DNA of 64,000 nucleotides from a virus: positions 5,276 through 69,275 of IMG/VR virus record IMGVR_UViG_3300030109_001309. One strand, written 5' to 3'. Every line of letters starts with the position of its first letter. Position 1 is the stretch's first letter. A program made the translations under genes and the position numbers. Positions 1 to 11,429 of this stretch are shown here, piece after piece. The notes below the pieces were generated by a model, which had not been told where the DNA came from, searched no databases, and saw only the letters and a list, made by a program, of their open reading frames with translations.

Positions 1-1
1 A

Positions 2-673
2 GCGTATGTTATCCGTGATGTTTACTATGACCTTATTAACAACATCGAGATACCAGAGCATCGTAAACTAATTACGTTAACAGCATTAGGCTCTACTTCT
101 ACTCCAACTCATATGCAAATTCCTGATGGCATTAGGCGTATAGAAGAAGTACGTTATAACCAAGTTAAATCAGGAGCAACTGCTAAAGATTATAACAGAA
201 TTTCATGGATGGAACCAGAAGCTTTCTTACAACTTTCGTTATCTAGAAACTCCACTGATTCTACTATTGTTACAGTAGCAGTAGATGGAGGAGAAGTTTT
301 AATTTCTAACAACAAAGCTCCTGATCATTATACTACATTTGATGATAGTTTTTTAATCTTTGATTCATACGATAGTGCAGTAGATAGTACGCTACAATCT
401 AGTAAGTTTATTGTATGGGCTATACAAGAACCTACATTTACTATGTCTGATACTTTTATTCCTGATTTAGATGTTGATGTATTTCCTTGGTTCTTAAATG
501 AAGCAAAGTCTGTAGCACATGTAGAAATTAATCAAAGAGCTAATCCTAAAGCAGAACAAGTGTCTTTAAGACAAAAAATTAGATGGCAATCAGACCGTCA
601 CAATATTGCCGCATCACAAAGTAACTACTACGGAAGGGTAGACTATGGAAGAACGAGTCGTAGAAGGTCTTAA
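2..673 (+). CDS. Tail tubular protein A-like, 5'-truncated (genome A)
   Basis: Frame open from base 2 (AYVIRDVYYDLI...). Aligns with 41821..42576 (YYDLI, FDD..DSYDSA..STLQ.SK, EPTF). Lies upstream of tail tubular B. Confidence 0.75.
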   Translation, partial: AYVIRDVYYDLINNIEIPEHRKLITLTALGSTSTPTHMQIPDGIRRIEEVRYNQVKSGATAKDYNRISWMEPEAFLQLSLSRNSTDSTIVTVAVDGGEVLISNNKAPDHYTTFDDSFLIFDSYDSAVDSTLQSSKFIVWAIQEPTFTMSDTFIPDLDVDVFPWFLNEAKSVAHVEINQRANPKAEQVSLRQKIRWQSDRHNIAASQSNYYGRVDYGRTSRRRS

Positions 674-947
674 TTGGAAGACCCAAAATAAAAACCTTAT
701 TGTTGTAAATAAAAATCCTTATGGTTTTATGCACTTTATGTTTAAAGAAGGAGGATCACTTCCACAAGAACTAAGTGGGGCATACACCAGTATGTCTGAT
801 GTTCAAAAAGCTGGTGATAACTATATTAAAAAAATGGTACGTACTCATAATGCGGATAAAGAACGCCCAGTATTGCAGACTAAGAAGCGGATTCCTAAAA
901 AGAAAGTGGATATGTCTACCGTATTTAAAAATAAAGAAGTGTCTTAA
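645..947 (+). CDS. Hypothetical protein, homologue of 42591..42824
   Basis: GGSLPQELSGAYTS vs GGAIPNLLDSWYTS; same position between tail tubular A and B. Confidence 0.65.
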   Translation: MEERVVEGLNWKTQNKNLIVVNKNPYGFMHFMFKEGGSLPQELSGAYTSMSDVQKAGDNYIKKMVRTHNADKERPVLQTKKRIPKKKVDMSTVFKNKEVS

Positions 948-956
948 GAGGGTTAA

Positions 957-3185
957 ATGCCTAAAACCGACAGCTTAAAGGTATACAATACGTTTGTAGG
1001 TGGTCTTGTTACAGAGGCTACTCCTTTAACGTTTCCTGAAAATGCTACACAGTCAGCATTAAACTGTATCTTTGATAAAAAAGGTGACATTCGTAGGCGA
1101 TTAGGTATTAACTACGAAAGCAGCTACAGCATTACTAATAAAAATGTTGCAGAAAGTGTATGGCAGACACAAGCTGTAGGATGTTTTCAATGGGATGAGG
1201 TTGCTGGTGACGGTAACAGGCACTTTTTAGTAGCTCAAGTAGGGTCAACCTTGTACTATTTTGATATTAATAGCCAACCTGTTTCTGGTAATCTTAAATC
1301 TTTTACTACTAACCTATCAAGTTTTGCTGCACCAGGTATTACTGATGTAGGTACAGAGCTTGTAGACATTTCGTTTGGTAAAGGTTTCTTATTTGTTGCA
1401 TCTAAAAAAATTAAACCATTTTATGTAACGTATAATGTTAGCGGTGACTCTATAACTAACACTGAAATTGCTTTGGAGATACGAGACTTTGATGGTGTAG
1501 AAGATACTTTAGGTATTGATGAAGAACCAACAAGTTTATCTACACTCCATCACTATAACTTACGTAATCAAGGCTGGGTATCACCGGGTGGAAGTGTAGC
1601 TGATCCAATTACTACGTATCATTCAAGTCAATCGAAATACCCTGGTAATAATAAACAGTGGTGGGCTGCAAAAAATACTAGTGATGACTTTGATCCAGCA
1701 GAACTAACTAAAATATTCTTTGGTAATACTCGTGCGCCACGAGGACACTACATTGTAGACCCGTTTAACAAAGATAGGGATACAGTATCAGGACTATCTG
1801 GTATTGCAACAGAAACTTTTACTACTCGCCCTCAAACTACAGCGTTTTATGCTGGACGTTCATGGTATGGTGGACCACCAGAGTCTACTATTTCTGGACA
1901 TATTTACTTTAGCCAAATTATTGAGGATGAATCAAACATTCCCCGTTGTTATCAAGAAGCTGATCCAACATCAGAGGAAATTAGTGATTTAATTGATACA
2001 GATGGTGGTGTTGTTGTTATACCTGATGCTGGTAACGTACTAGCTTTACGTGTAACAGGAGAATCTTTGCTAGTATTTGCTGATAATGGGTTGTGGGAGA
2101 TTAGTGGTACAGGTAGTAGTACGTTTGTTCCTACTGATTACAGTGTATCTAAAGTAAGCACTGTTGGTATTGTAGGTAAACGTACAATTGTAGACGTTGA
2201 AGGCACTCCTATTTGGTGGAGTGACAGAGGTATCTACAGTATTGGTCGTAACCAAGTTACTGACCGTATTGAAGCACAATCTCTAACTAAACAAACTATA
2301 CAAACGTTTTACGACAGTACAATTCCTTCTGTATCTAAAGTTTATGCTCAAGGATCATATGATTCTGTAACTGGTAGGGTTACATGGGGATGGAACTCAG
2401 GGGGCAACGACACTAACTATCGATTTAAATTTAACAGAGCGTTAGTATTTGACTCTAATATTGGTGGGTTTTATCCTTGGTCATTTGGAGAGCTTGCTAG
2501 TAACGCACCGTATGTATTTGGTATTTTTACCCTACCTAGTATTGGTAACGTTAAAGAAACTGACACTGTTATTCAAGCTTCTGATGGACAAACAGTTGTA
2601 CGTGCGTCAGATGGTGAAACAGTTGTTGCTGATGTAGAGGTTTTACGGGGTGGGTCTACAACAACTGGGTTTATTGTAGCAGAACCTGGTACTAACGAAA
2701 GTGAGATTACATTTGCACAGTTAAACGATGATAGCTTTGTAGATTGGAAAGCTAAAGATGGAACAGGTGTAAACTTTACTAGCTCCTTTGAAACTGGATA
2801 CCTTCTAGAAGGCAATGTAACGAACCGTAGACAGGCACCTCATATCTTTGTGTACACTAAGCGTACCGAAACAGGATACGTAGCCAGTGGCGATTCTCAC
2901 GTACTACAGAACCCTTCTAGCTGCTATATGCAAGCACGATGGGACTTTGCTGATAACAGTAACTCGTCTAAGTTTGGACGTAGACAACAAGTATACCGTA
3001 TTTTAAAAGATTACGATAAGACTCCAACTTCACTAGATTTTAATAGTGGCTTCCCTGTTACAATTACACGTAACAAAGTACGTGGAAGTGGTAAAGCTCT
3101 GCACCTTTTCTTTGATTCAGAAGATGGTAAGGACTTTGACATTTTTGGTTGGGCTGTTCATTACTCAGATAACGCAGGAATGTAA
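957..3185 (+). CDS. Tail tubular protein B / nozzle-like (genome A)
   Basis: 742 aa, beta-rich; begins YNTFVGGLVTEA; full-length homologue of 42830..45040; podovirus gene order. Confidence 0.75.
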   Translation: MPKTDSLKVYNTFVGGLVTEATPLTFPENATQSALNCIFDKKGDIRRRLGINYESSYSITNKNVAESVWQTQAVGCFQWDEVAGDGNRHFLVAQVGSTLYYFDINSQPVSGNLKSFTTNLSSFAAPGITDVGTELVDISFGKGFLFVASKKIKPFYVTYNVSGDSITNTEIALEIRDFDGVEDTLGIDEEPTSLSTLHHYNLRNQGWVSPGGSVADPITTYHSSQSKYPGNNKQWWAAKNTSDDFDPAELTKIFFGNTRAPRGHYIVDPFNKDRDTVSGLSGIATETFTTRPQTTAFYAGRSWYGGPPESTISGHIYFSQIIEDESNIPRCYQEADPTSEEISDLIDTDGGVVVIPDAGNVLALRVTGESLLVFADNGLWEISGTGSSTFVPTDYSVSKVSTVGIVGKRTIVDVEGTPIWWSDRGIYSIGRNQVTDRIEAQSLTKQTIQTFYDSTIPSVSKVYAQGSYDSVTGRVTWGWNSGGNDTNYRFKFNRALVFDSNIGGFYPWSFGELASNAPYVFGIFTLPSIGNVKETDTVIQASDGQTVVRASDGETVVADVEVLRGGSTTTGFIVAEPGTNESEITFAQLNDDSFVDWKAKDGTGVNFTSSFETGYLLEGNVTNRRQAPHIFVYTKRTETGYVASGDSHVLQNPSSCYMQARWDFADNSNSSKFGRRQQVYRILKDYDKTPTSLDFNSGFPVTITRNKVRGSGKALHLFFDSEDGKDFDIFGWAVHYSDNAGM

Positions 3186-3187
3186 AT

Positions 3188-3691
3188 ATGTGGGGTGCAA
3201 TCTTTGGAGCTATTGGTCTAGCAGTTAGTGTCGCCGGTACTATTGGTGGACTTCTTAAACAAAACAAAGCTGCTGATCGTATGGAAGACGCTGCCCAAGC
3301 TCAACAAAGAGCTATGGAGCTTCAACAAAAAAGAAACAAATTAGAAGTGCGTAGATCAAAACTAAAAGTAATTAGAGAGACACGTATTAAACGTGCGTCT
3401 GCTGTAGCTAGAGCGCAAGCACAAACAGGTGGATTTGGAGGTTCTTTGCAAGGTGGAGTAGGTAGTATAATTTCTCAAGGTAGCGCACAGTTTGGTTTCT
3501 TACAACAATCGAGTGCTTTTAATTTAGCTGCACGTAGAGAAATGCAACAATCTACAATTTTTAATAATCAAGCTGTACAGTTAAGAAATGAAGCAAGCTT
3601 GTTCCAAGGTATAGGCTCTATTGGTGGAAGCATATTTAATGCACGGACTGATCTTTCTAAGATTGGTAAGCAGTTAGGGATACTAACGTAA
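3188..3691 (+). CDS. Small internal virion (ejection) protein, T7 gp14-like position
   Basis: Hydrophobic Gly/Ala N-terminus followed by Q/R/A-rich helix; homologous to 45424..45990. Confidence 0.6.
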   Translation: MWGAIFGAIGLAVSVAGTIGGLLKQNKAADRMEDAAQAQQRAMELQQKRNKLEVRRSKLKVIRETRIKRASAVARAQAQTGGFGGSLQGGVGSIISQGSAQFGFLQQSSAFNLAARREMQQSTIFNNQAVQLRNEASLFQGIGSIGGSIFNARTDLSKIGKQLGILT

Positions 3692-6600
3692 TGATAGAAA
3701 TTGAAGCTATTGGTGAAGGTCCAACGATTACGTCAGTTGAGAATACTTTATCAGAACCTAATGAAAGGGATACACGGTTAGCTACATTAGCTGCTATTGC
3801 TGATGAAAGAATTAATGGAACAACTGCTCAACCATTTGCAGATTGGTTAAGAATTACACACCAACCTAATGGTGAACTTGAAGCTCGTAAAATGTTAGGA
3901 CTAAGTAAAATTAACCAAGACATAGATAACTTTCTTTTAAGTGAAGCTGATGAACCTGTAGCTACTCCACAAGAAATGTTTGATATTTTACAAGCTAAAC
4001 AACAAGTAAATGTTCAAGAAGCTTATAGAAATATTTTAGAAACTGAGACGGCTGCAACTTTAACAGATCAATCTATGTCTGATCCTGTTCGTGGTGCTGT
4101 AATTGAAGCAGAAGAATTAAGTGTTGAAGAATCCCAACAACTTTTAAGTATGGATCGTTCTGAAAATTTAACAGCAGCTTTGTTAAAGTTAAACAATCTT
4201 CAAATGAAGTATGCTAAAGAATTATTTGGTATAGGTCTTGATGTTAATTTAGCTAAACACTTAGCTATCCTTGTGCCTATGATGGATACATACGCTCAGT
4301 TTGCTAATGGTGAACGTAACATGGAAACATTAGGGGATGCATTGCGTAGAGAATCCTCAGAAATTTTTGATGGTCCTGATCCATTAGGTGCAGTAACACG
4401 TTTAGAAGAAAAATTAAATAACTCTGATTTACCTACTTTATTTAAATTAGATTTAGTAAGCACTAAATCAATAGGAGAAGTTGAAGCTAGTATACGGTCT
4501 ATTTTTGAAGTAGTTGATGCAACTGGCGCGTTAGCTATTTTAGGTAAAAGTTTATCTGCACTAACTAAAGTAGGACGTTTATCACGTCTTGCTAAAGTAG
4601 CAGACAATCCTCAAGCATCAGTTAATACTGCAAAAGAATTAGCAGAACGAGCTAAACCAGGTAGTCCAAGTCCTCTTTCTGATGACGAGTTTGAAGAACT
4701 TATTGAAGGTGCTATTACTTCTAATGGAAAAGATTTTACTGATAATACGTCTGGTAGAGTTGCGGTTGTTCTTCAAGAACAAGCTGATGAACTAGACGCT
4801 ATTAACATAATTCGTGGACAAAACTTTTTAAGTGAAGAAGAAAAACTACAAGCTATCGAAAAACTTAAAGTAGATATTAAACAAAGTTACCCTAATGTTA
4901 CCGCTATTGATGTAGAGGATACAGATGATTTTGCAACTGTAGCTTTTAAACTAGGTACAGGAGAAGACAACTTATCTTCTTATGTAAGTATGGAAGCTGC
5001 CGTTAAAGCTGCTGAACGGTTAGGTATACAACCTGGATTTTATAAAGTAGAAAAAGCAGAAGGAGTTTACCATTTAAAAGTAGTCAGAGATATTAATGAT
5101 ATTGGGCAAGATGGTAAATCATTTTTAAAAGGTTTTGATTCTCCTAATGGATTAGTAACTCCATTATTTTTAAACAAATACCTAACAGGAAATAAAATTA
5201 ATTTAAACTTTGCAGAAAGATTAGCAGATGGTGGTATTGTTGGTGTTAATGCTGCTGCATTATTAAATGAAATATTTAAAAACAGTAGTAAATTAATTAC
5301 AAAACTTAGTAAAAACGAACGAACCTCTTTCGATGCTGTTATGAGACATACGCAAAACAATAATGGTGGTAGATGGTTAAGTGCTAAACAATTTGATGAT
5401 TTTTTTAGTAGCCAGTTAGGTAGAAAAGCTACAGAAGATGAACAAATTGCGTATGGTGCAGCTATTCAATTGCATCGTGCAGATGAAGCTATTATTAACT
5501 CAGCTATTCGCAATGACTTTATTCAAAAAGGTTTTCAAGAAATTGGTATAGCTGGTGTAAGGGATAATAAAACTATTGGTAAAGTTATTCCTGCATTTGA
5601 TCGTAAAAATTTAAAAAACATTAGCATCTTTGATGGTACTACAGGTAAACATTACCCTGTAGGTACAACCTCAAAAGGTTTAGTAGAGAAACTACTTAAA
5701 GAAGATAATTTAGTTCTTGTAAAGTATTTAGATGAAGTTCCTGTAGTACAAGGAAAAGGAAGTTTAACTGAAGCAGGAGTTAAAATAGGTATTACAATTG
5801 AAGATGAGTTTGCTTCGTTAGGTCAAGAGGCTATTAAAGCTCAATATGTAATTGCTAAAAAAACAAGTGTAGGTCAAACAGCATTACGACACAGACTTCT
5901 TAAGCATTTTGATGGGCCTCACAGAGAATATAAAGACCCATATTTTATTAAACAGTCTAAAACTTTAGACGGTACATTTTTAACTACTCGTACACATTTT
6001 AATGTTGGTTCTGAAAGCCAAGCATTAAAGTATGCTAACGAATATAACATTGCATTGGATTCTTTTCTAAGAGCAGAACGAGCTACTATAGGTAATGCTG
6101 CTAATAGTGGAGAACTTCAAGCTCAAGCAACTAAAGTAATACAAGAAAATACCCATTTTAGTTCTTGGGATGAAATGAAACAAGCCGTAGACTCTGGAAA
6201 AATAGAGCGTACACCTTTTGAAGCTTGGGGTGATGGAGCAGCTAAACCATACAATGCTACAACTATAGGTAAAACATCTAAAGACTACTCACCTGATGTT
6301 ATGGATATTGATTCTGATTTTATGGGGTTATCAGAGACTACAAAAAAGTACATTAACTCTGGACAATTATATTATTCTGCACGAGGACAACATTTAAAAT
6401 CTCCAGATGGTAAGTTAGCACCAGTTTTAGACGCACGAGAAATTTTAGAAAACTCAATTAAACATATTATTCATACCAGAGCATTTGGTGAGTACAAAGC
6501 TAGGCATGTAAAACAATGGGTGCAAACATACAAAGAGTATTTAGATACAGCTAGTGAAATACGCCCTGATTGGTATCACTTTACACATGGTAAATTTCGT

Positions 6601-8364
6601 ACAGATAGAGATGTTCCAACAACTATTTCAACATCAGGAGAACGAGTACGAATTGGTTTAAATAGAACACTTCATGCTCAATCTTATGAGACTAAACGTT
6701 TAAATAATTGGAAATTAGAGTTAGCTAGTTACGCTACGGGAGATTCTACAGGAGTTTATGATAAGCTAAAACGTTCTGGCACAGAAGGACTATTAAAACT
6801 ATTAGAAAGTGATCCTGTTACTGGATTAAGAGCATTAGTTTTTAAAACATTTTTAGGCATGATGGATGCTTCACAAGTTGTAGTTCAAACTGCTATGGCT
6901 CCTGCGGTTATGGGAGCTTTTCCAAGAATAGGTCCACAAGCATTGTCAATGCTTATTCCTTTACGGTTATCAACAATGGTTCCTGCCGGTGGTAAAGCTT
7001 TTGAGTACATTGCATCAGGAGTATCAACGTTAGGTTTAGTAGTAGGCAGAAAACCTATGAAGCCTAAAGATATTAAAGCAATGATGGAAGACATGCGTAA
7101 AAGTGGTGTTGATATTGTCGGTGGTTCTCAAGCGCAGTTGGATAATCCTTTTGATGGTAATTCTTTAACACCTTCTAAGATGCTTCAATACGGTAACAAA
7201 GCTTTAGATGTAGGTCTTATTCCTTTTAAAGAAGGTGAGCGTTTAAACCAAATGCTTGGGTTTAGTATTGCTTGGTTAAAACATTTTTCTAATACTGGTA
7301 AACGTCCTTCTGTTGATGAGTTAGGACGAGTATTAAATCAAGCTGAAACTATTGCTGGTAATATGAAAAGTTCTTCTAGAGCAGCTTGGCAAAGCGGTAT
7401 TTCTAGTGTCCCTACTCAATTTCTGGCACATCCTATAAGAGTTATAGAAAACATTTTGTTTCAACAAGCGGGTGGTTTAAATAAAACACAAAGAGCAGGG
7501 TTTGTTACAGGAATTTTAGCAACATACGGTATGTCTGGTTTAGGTTTTGATGAAACTGGTGATAAAGCTGCTGAACTATATGCTGAAGCAACAGATCAAG
7601 AGCTAACACCTGAAATAATAAACGCTATAAAGAATGGTTGGGTAGGTCATGTCTTTGACAATTACGATATTTCAAGAGTACAGCCATTAAAAGATAATCC
7701 TATTAGTAAAGTATTTGAAAATATTGTTACAGATAAAAATTTTAAAATGTCAGACTTTGGACCTTCAATGAGTTTAGCTGGAGATGTAGGAACAGCTATT
7801 GGAGGAAGTCTTTTATTTCGAGGAATGTTAGAAGGTGTTATACAAATTGAAGATACTCCTGATTTAACAGCTACCTTTATGAAAGATATTTTTTCTAAGT
7901 TACCGGGACCATCACGATTGACGAAAGCTTGGAGTATGTACGCTTATGGTGAACTTAGAAACAAACGAGGTGATATTGTTGATGCACAAGACTATACTAA
8001 CTTTGATGTAGCTATGCAAGCTTTGGGATTTCCACCTAAAGATAGTCGAGAAGCATCTAACATGGCTAGAAGTATAACTGAAATACGTCAAGCTATGAAA
8101 CCTCATGTTAAAAGAGTAGTTCAGTTAAGTAAGAAATTTTTTGAGGCTGAAACTAAAGAAGAAGCAGCAAAAATTGCTAGGGAATACCAAGGATGGATTG
8201 AACTTTATAATGCACAGGACGCTCCTGTACGAATAGCTTTTAAAGATTCAGTTTACAATGGAATAAAAAATTTAAATAGGAATTTAACTCAAGAAAATTT
8301 AAGTCGATTGTACAAATTTTTTGGTAGAGATTATGTTAACAAACGTTTACCTAGGAGAGACTAA
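3691..8364 (+). CDS. Large internal virion protein (genome A)
   Basis: 1557-aa ORF after the small ejection protein; distant similarity to 45990..50597 (EGERLN/EAERWN, VPTQF/VPAQF). Confidence 0.65.
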   Translation: MIEIEAIGEGPTITSVENTLSEPNERDTRLATLAAIADERINGTTAQPFADWLRITHQPNGELEARKMLGLSKINQDIDNFLLSEADEPVATPQEMFDILQAKQQVNVQEAYRNILETETAATLTDQSMSDPVRGAVIEAEELSVEESQQLLSMDRSENLTAALLKLNNLQMKYAKELFGIGLDVNLAKHLAILVPMMDTYAQFANGERNMETLGDALRRESSEIFDGPDPLGAVTRLEEKLNNSDLPTLFKLDLVSTKSIGEVEASIRSIFEVVDATGALAILGKSLSALTKVGRLSRLAKVADNPQASVNTAKELAERAKPGSPSPLSDDEFEELIEGAITSNGKDFTDNTSGRVAVVLQEQADELDAINIIRGQNFLSEEEKLQAIEKLKVDIKQSYPNVTAIDVEDTDDFATVAFKLGTGEDNLSSYVSMEAAVKAAERLGIQPGFYKVEKAEGVYHLKVVRDINDIGQDGKSFLKGFDSPNGLVTPLFLNKYLTGNKINLNFAERLADGGIVGVNAAALLNEIFKNSSKLITKLSKNERTSFDAVMRHTQNNNGGRWLSAKQFDDFFSSQLGRKATEDEQIAYGAAIQLHRADEAIINSAIRNDFIQKGFQEIGIAGVRDNKTIGKVIPAFDRKNLKNISIFDGTTGKHYPVGTTSKGLVEKLLKEDNLVLVKYLDEVPVVQGKGSLTEAGVKIGITIEDEFASLGQEAIKAQYVIAKKTSVGQTALRHRLLKHFDGPHREYKDPYFIKQSKTLDGTFLTTRTHFNVGSESQALKYANEYNIALDSFLRAERATIGNAANSGELQAQATKVIQENTHFSSWDEMKQAVDSGKIERTPFEAWGDGAAKPYNATTIGKTSKDYSPDVMDIDSDFMGLSETTKKYINSGQLYYSARGQHLKSPDGKLAPVLDAREILENSIKHIIHTRAFGEYKARHVKQWVQTYKEYLDTASEIRPDWYHFTHGKFRTDRDVPTTISTSGERVRIGLNRTLHAQSYETKRLNNWKLELASYATGDSTGVYDKLKRSGTEGLLKLLESDPVTGLRALVFKTFLGMMDASQVVVQTAMAPAVMGAFPRIGPQALSMLIPLRLSTMVPAGGKAFEYIASGVSTLGLVVGRKPMKPKDIKAMMEDMRKSGVDIVGGSQAQLDNPFDGNSLTPSKMLQYGNKALDVGLIPFKEGERLNQMLGFSIAWLKHFSNTGKRPSVDELGRVLNQAETIAGNMKSSSRAAWQSGISSVPTQFLAHPIRVIENILFQQAGGLNKTQRAGFVTGILATYGMSGLGFDETGDKAAELYAEATDQELTPEIINAIKNGWVGHVFDNYDISRVQPLKDNPISKVFENIVTDKNFKMSDFGPSMSLAGDVGTAIGGSLLFRGMLEGVIQIEDTPDLTATFMKDIFSKLPGPSRLTKAWSMYAYGELRNKRGDIVDAQDYTNFDVAMQALGFPPKDSREASNMARSITEIRQAMKPHVKRVVQLSKKFFEAETKEEAAKIAREYQGWIELYNAQDAPVRIAFKDSVYNGIKNLNRNLTQENLSRLYKFFGRDYVNKRLPRRD

Positions 8365-11063
8365 TGGCTAAAGGATTTACTGATTATATATCGGATGCAG
8401 TAGCAAAAGACCAAGTGTTAGAATCAGGTCGGGCTACTGAAGCTGATAGAACGTTTCAAGGTAGGGCTATTGCTAACCTAGGTAAAACAATTATTGAAGG
8501 CGGGTCTGAACTGACAACAGAAGTCTATGAAAACAATTTGTTTCAGGAACTTAGTAACGCTAAAACTAGTGCTTTTAAAGAACTTCAAGCATACCATAAA
8601 AAAGGAACAACAGCAGTTAAACAAGGAAGAACTTCTGTATCTTTATTTAATGCATCGTTGCTTAATAAAGTTAATGAGATTGAAGCAAGATACCCAGGAT
8701 TTAGTGAAGAAACAGAAAAAGCTAAACGACTAATGGGGATTAAACCTGTTGAAGATTTAGTTAAAGAACAGCAGCGTATTCAAGTACGCAATGAAACTTT
8801 ATTATTTCAGTCAGCAAAAGAAAATGGTAATCTTGTTTTTGCATCAGATGGTAGTATTGATGTACCAGAAACTTTAAATTTACAAATAAAATATGATAAT
8901 AACGCTAGAGAAATGGCAGAGTTACAAATAAAAGCTAAACGAGATGGAATACTTGAGCCAGAAAAACACAGTAAAGGGTTTTTAGAAGGCTTTGATACTT
9001 TAATTACTCATTCAAATTTACAGTTTGGTAAGGCAACTGCACAAATTCAAAGTATGGTTAACGAATTAATACAAAGTGGTTCTGGACAAAATGCTGAACG
9101 TGTTTTAGTTGGTATAACTACTTACCTTGATCAATGGCAATTATCTCGTATCAATAGCGTAATGTCAAATGGCTATCCTCAAGGAACTAAAGATTATGAA
9201 TTTTTAGTTAAAGATATTCAAACGCAAACTGGTTTACTAAGACAAATTATTACTGGAAGTAAAGATTCTAAAGGTATTGTTGATCGTATAAAAAGTTTAG
9301 ACGCATATCGTAAAGCTAAAAGTCAAGAACAATTTAGAAATATGTTACCAGCATTAGCAAGAATGATGGATGTATTTGATCCTCAAGCTGCTACAAGTAT
9401 ACTTTTAAAAGCTACACAAATTGATGACCTAACTAAAATTGATCCAAGCGTACCAGATACTCTACGCTCATTTATAAATGGAGCAAACAACACAACAACA
9501 TTAACTAATCCTCAGTTACCTACTAATAATAGTGAAGCAGTAAAAAATTCAGCAAAATTTGCATTAGGTGTTATAAGTGATACATTAAAATCAAATCGAC
9601 CTGGTGAGCTTTCATCGAATACTTTGTACAAAACGTTTGTATCTCCAATGAGGGCGCATCTCAATGGTTTACTTAAACCACAAGAGTATGATGCATTTCG
9701 TGAACAATTTGCTAATCCATTAATGCAAGCACAAATTGAATCTAATCCAAATCCTAAACATAGACGAGAAATGGGTATGTTTGGGTATCAAATGTTTAAT
9801 GGTGCAGTAGAAAAACATCTACAACAAATACAACAAATGGGAAGTTTTGCTGGTCTTGAAATAAACGACCAAGGTAAATTAGTTATTGTAGAAGACCAAG
9901 GAATGAAAGAAGCTATTGAACGTAGAATAGGATCGTTTGGTATTGTTGATGAAGCTAATGCAACATTAGATAAATATGTAAACGTTATGGCGTACTATTC
10001 TATGTACAATGATGACGTTGTTTCAGAAGATAGACGTTTTGATCCTGAAAGACAATTAGCTGTTAGAAGTTTACTCCAAGAAATGTTTGCATTAAAATAT
10101 CCTAAACGTGATACCCAAGTACCAGAAAAATTTAACCCTTTAAGTAAGTTAGTTCCTCCAAATTTTCAATGGAAGGATGCAGTTACAAGTGTATTAGGCT
10201 ATATCGATAATGTTGCTGGAAGAATAGCTGACGTTCAAAAAAGAAAAGACCCGTTTGTCGAAATACCGGAAGCTGCTCGTGCGTTTATTAAAAACTTTTA
10301 TAGCCCCTCACCTGAAGATTCCGAACCTTTTGGACAACAAACAGAAATGGTTAATACACCTGAACCATCTCCTAAAGATGGAGCAGCGTTATTGCCAGAT
10401 GAGTTAAAGGAACCAGCCGGTCCAATAGGTTTTGAAATTCCTTCAGAGGGTGATGCTGGTGGAGCAGGGCCAGGAAGACCTCGTTCTTTAAGACCAGAAG
10501 ATCAAGGTAGATCGTATGATTATACAGCAGAAAGTGAAACTGTTATTGATGCAGCGGGTAACAGATTAGATGTTTCTAATACAAACACTTTAAAAGAAGG
10601 AGTCAAAGTTATTTCGCAAGTTGTAGAAGCTGTTGAAACAGGTGGACAAGCTGACCCTAAAACAGCAACAAATCCTACGTCTAGTGCTACAGGATATTAC
10701 CAAATTATTTCAGGAACTAGACAATCTGCTGCTAAAAGATTAATTGATAGGATAGACTCAGGTAAGGTTCCTGATTGGATTAATCAAGCCGCACAAAATA
10801 TGACTAAAAAAGAACACCAAGAGTTTATGGGAAGTCTTTCAAAAAACCAACAAGAAACTTTATTCTTAACAAATCTTTTTGAAAGTCCAGGAAGTGATGT
10901 TATTTTAAAACGTATTGTAGACAGTGACTTCCAAGATGAAGATGCAATAGCAGATTTGTATATGAAAATACACCATACAGAGCCTTCTGCTAAACTAAAA
11001 AGAAGGTTTATAAAGTCTCTTAACGAAGTTAAAGGCTTATTGATGGAAGAGGAAATGAAGTAG
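8364..11063 (+). CDS. Internal virion protein with C-terminal lysozyme-like (lytic transglycosylase) domain
   Basis: C-terminal AVETGG...NPTSSATGYYQI fits the SLT/lysozyme E(S/T)...AxGxxQ pattern; preceded by a Pro/acidic linker. Confidence 0.65.
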   Translation: MAKGFTDYISDAVAKDQVLESGRATEADRTFQGRAIANLGKTIIEGGSELTTEVYENNLFQELSNAKTSAFKELQAYHKKGTTAVKQGRTSVSLFNASLLNKVNEIEARYPGFSEETEKAKRLMGIKPVEDLVKEQQRIQVRNETLLFQSAKENGNLVFASDGSIDVPETLNLQIKYDNNAREMAELQIKAKRDGILEPEKHSKGFLEGFDTLITHSNLQFGKATAQIQSMVNELIQSGSGQNAERVLVGITTYLDQWQLSRINSVMSNGYPQGTKDYEFLVKDIQTQTGLLRQIITGSKDSKGIVDRIKSLDAYRKAKSQEQFRNMLPALARMMDVFDPQAATSILLKATQIDDLTKIDPSVPDTLRSFINGANNTTTLTNPQLPTNNSEAVKNSAKFALGVISDTLKSNRPGELSSNTLYKTFVSPMRAHLNGLLKPQEYDAFREQFANPLMQAQIESNPNPKHRREMGMFGYQMFNGAVEKHLQQIQQMGSFAGLEINDQGKLVIVEDQGMKEAIERRIGSFGIVDEANATLDKYVNVMAYYSMYNDDVVSEDRRFDPERQLAVRSLLQEMFALKYPKRDTQVPEKFNPLSKLVPPNFQWKDAVTSVLGYIDNVAGRIADVQKRKDPFVEIPEAARAFIKNFYSPSPEDSEPFGQQTEMVNTPEPSPKDGAALLPDELKEPAGPIGFEIPSEGDAGGAGPGRPRSLRPEDQGRSYDYTAESETVIDAAGNRLDVSNTNTLKEGVKVISQVVEAVETGGQADPKTATNPTSSATGYYQIISGTRQSAAKRLIDRIDSGKVPDWINQAAQNMTKKEHQEFMGSLSKNQQETLFLTNLFESPGSDVILKRIVDSDFQDEDAIADLYMKIHHTEPSAKLKRRFIKSLNEVKGLLMEEEMK

Positions 11064-11429
11064 ATGCCTAGTTTTGGAAAAAGAAGCCAAGAAAAACTAC
11101 AGGATTGTGATCCAAGTATCCAGTTAGTTCTTCAAGAAGCTATTAAACACTATGATTTTTCTGTATTGGAAGGGTATAGGACTAAAGAAAAACAACAAGA
11201 ATATTTTGAGTCAGGAGCAAGCGAAGTACAATACCCTAACTCAAAACATAATTCATGTCCAGCAATGGCAGTAGATGTAGTCCCTTATCCTATTGATTGG
11301 GATAATCTTCAACGGTTTAAAGAGTTGTCAGAAGTTATTAAAACAGCTTGTGAAACTGTAGGTGTAGATAATTTACATTGGGGATTTGATCTATGGCAAT
11401 GGGATATGCCACATTGGGAGCTTAGATAA
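11064..11429 (+). CDS. Endolysin, peptidase M15 family (L-Ala-D-Glu peptidase-like)
   Basis: EGYR...SKH...AVD...WDMPHWE zinc-peptidase motifs; immediately upstream of the holin. Confidence 0.85.
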   Translation: MPSFGKRSQEKLQDCDPSIQLVLQEAIKHYDFSVLEGYRTKEKQQEYFESGASEVQYPNSKHNSCPAMAVDVVPYPIDWDNLQRFKELSEVIKTACETVGVDNLHWGFDLWQWDMPHWELR

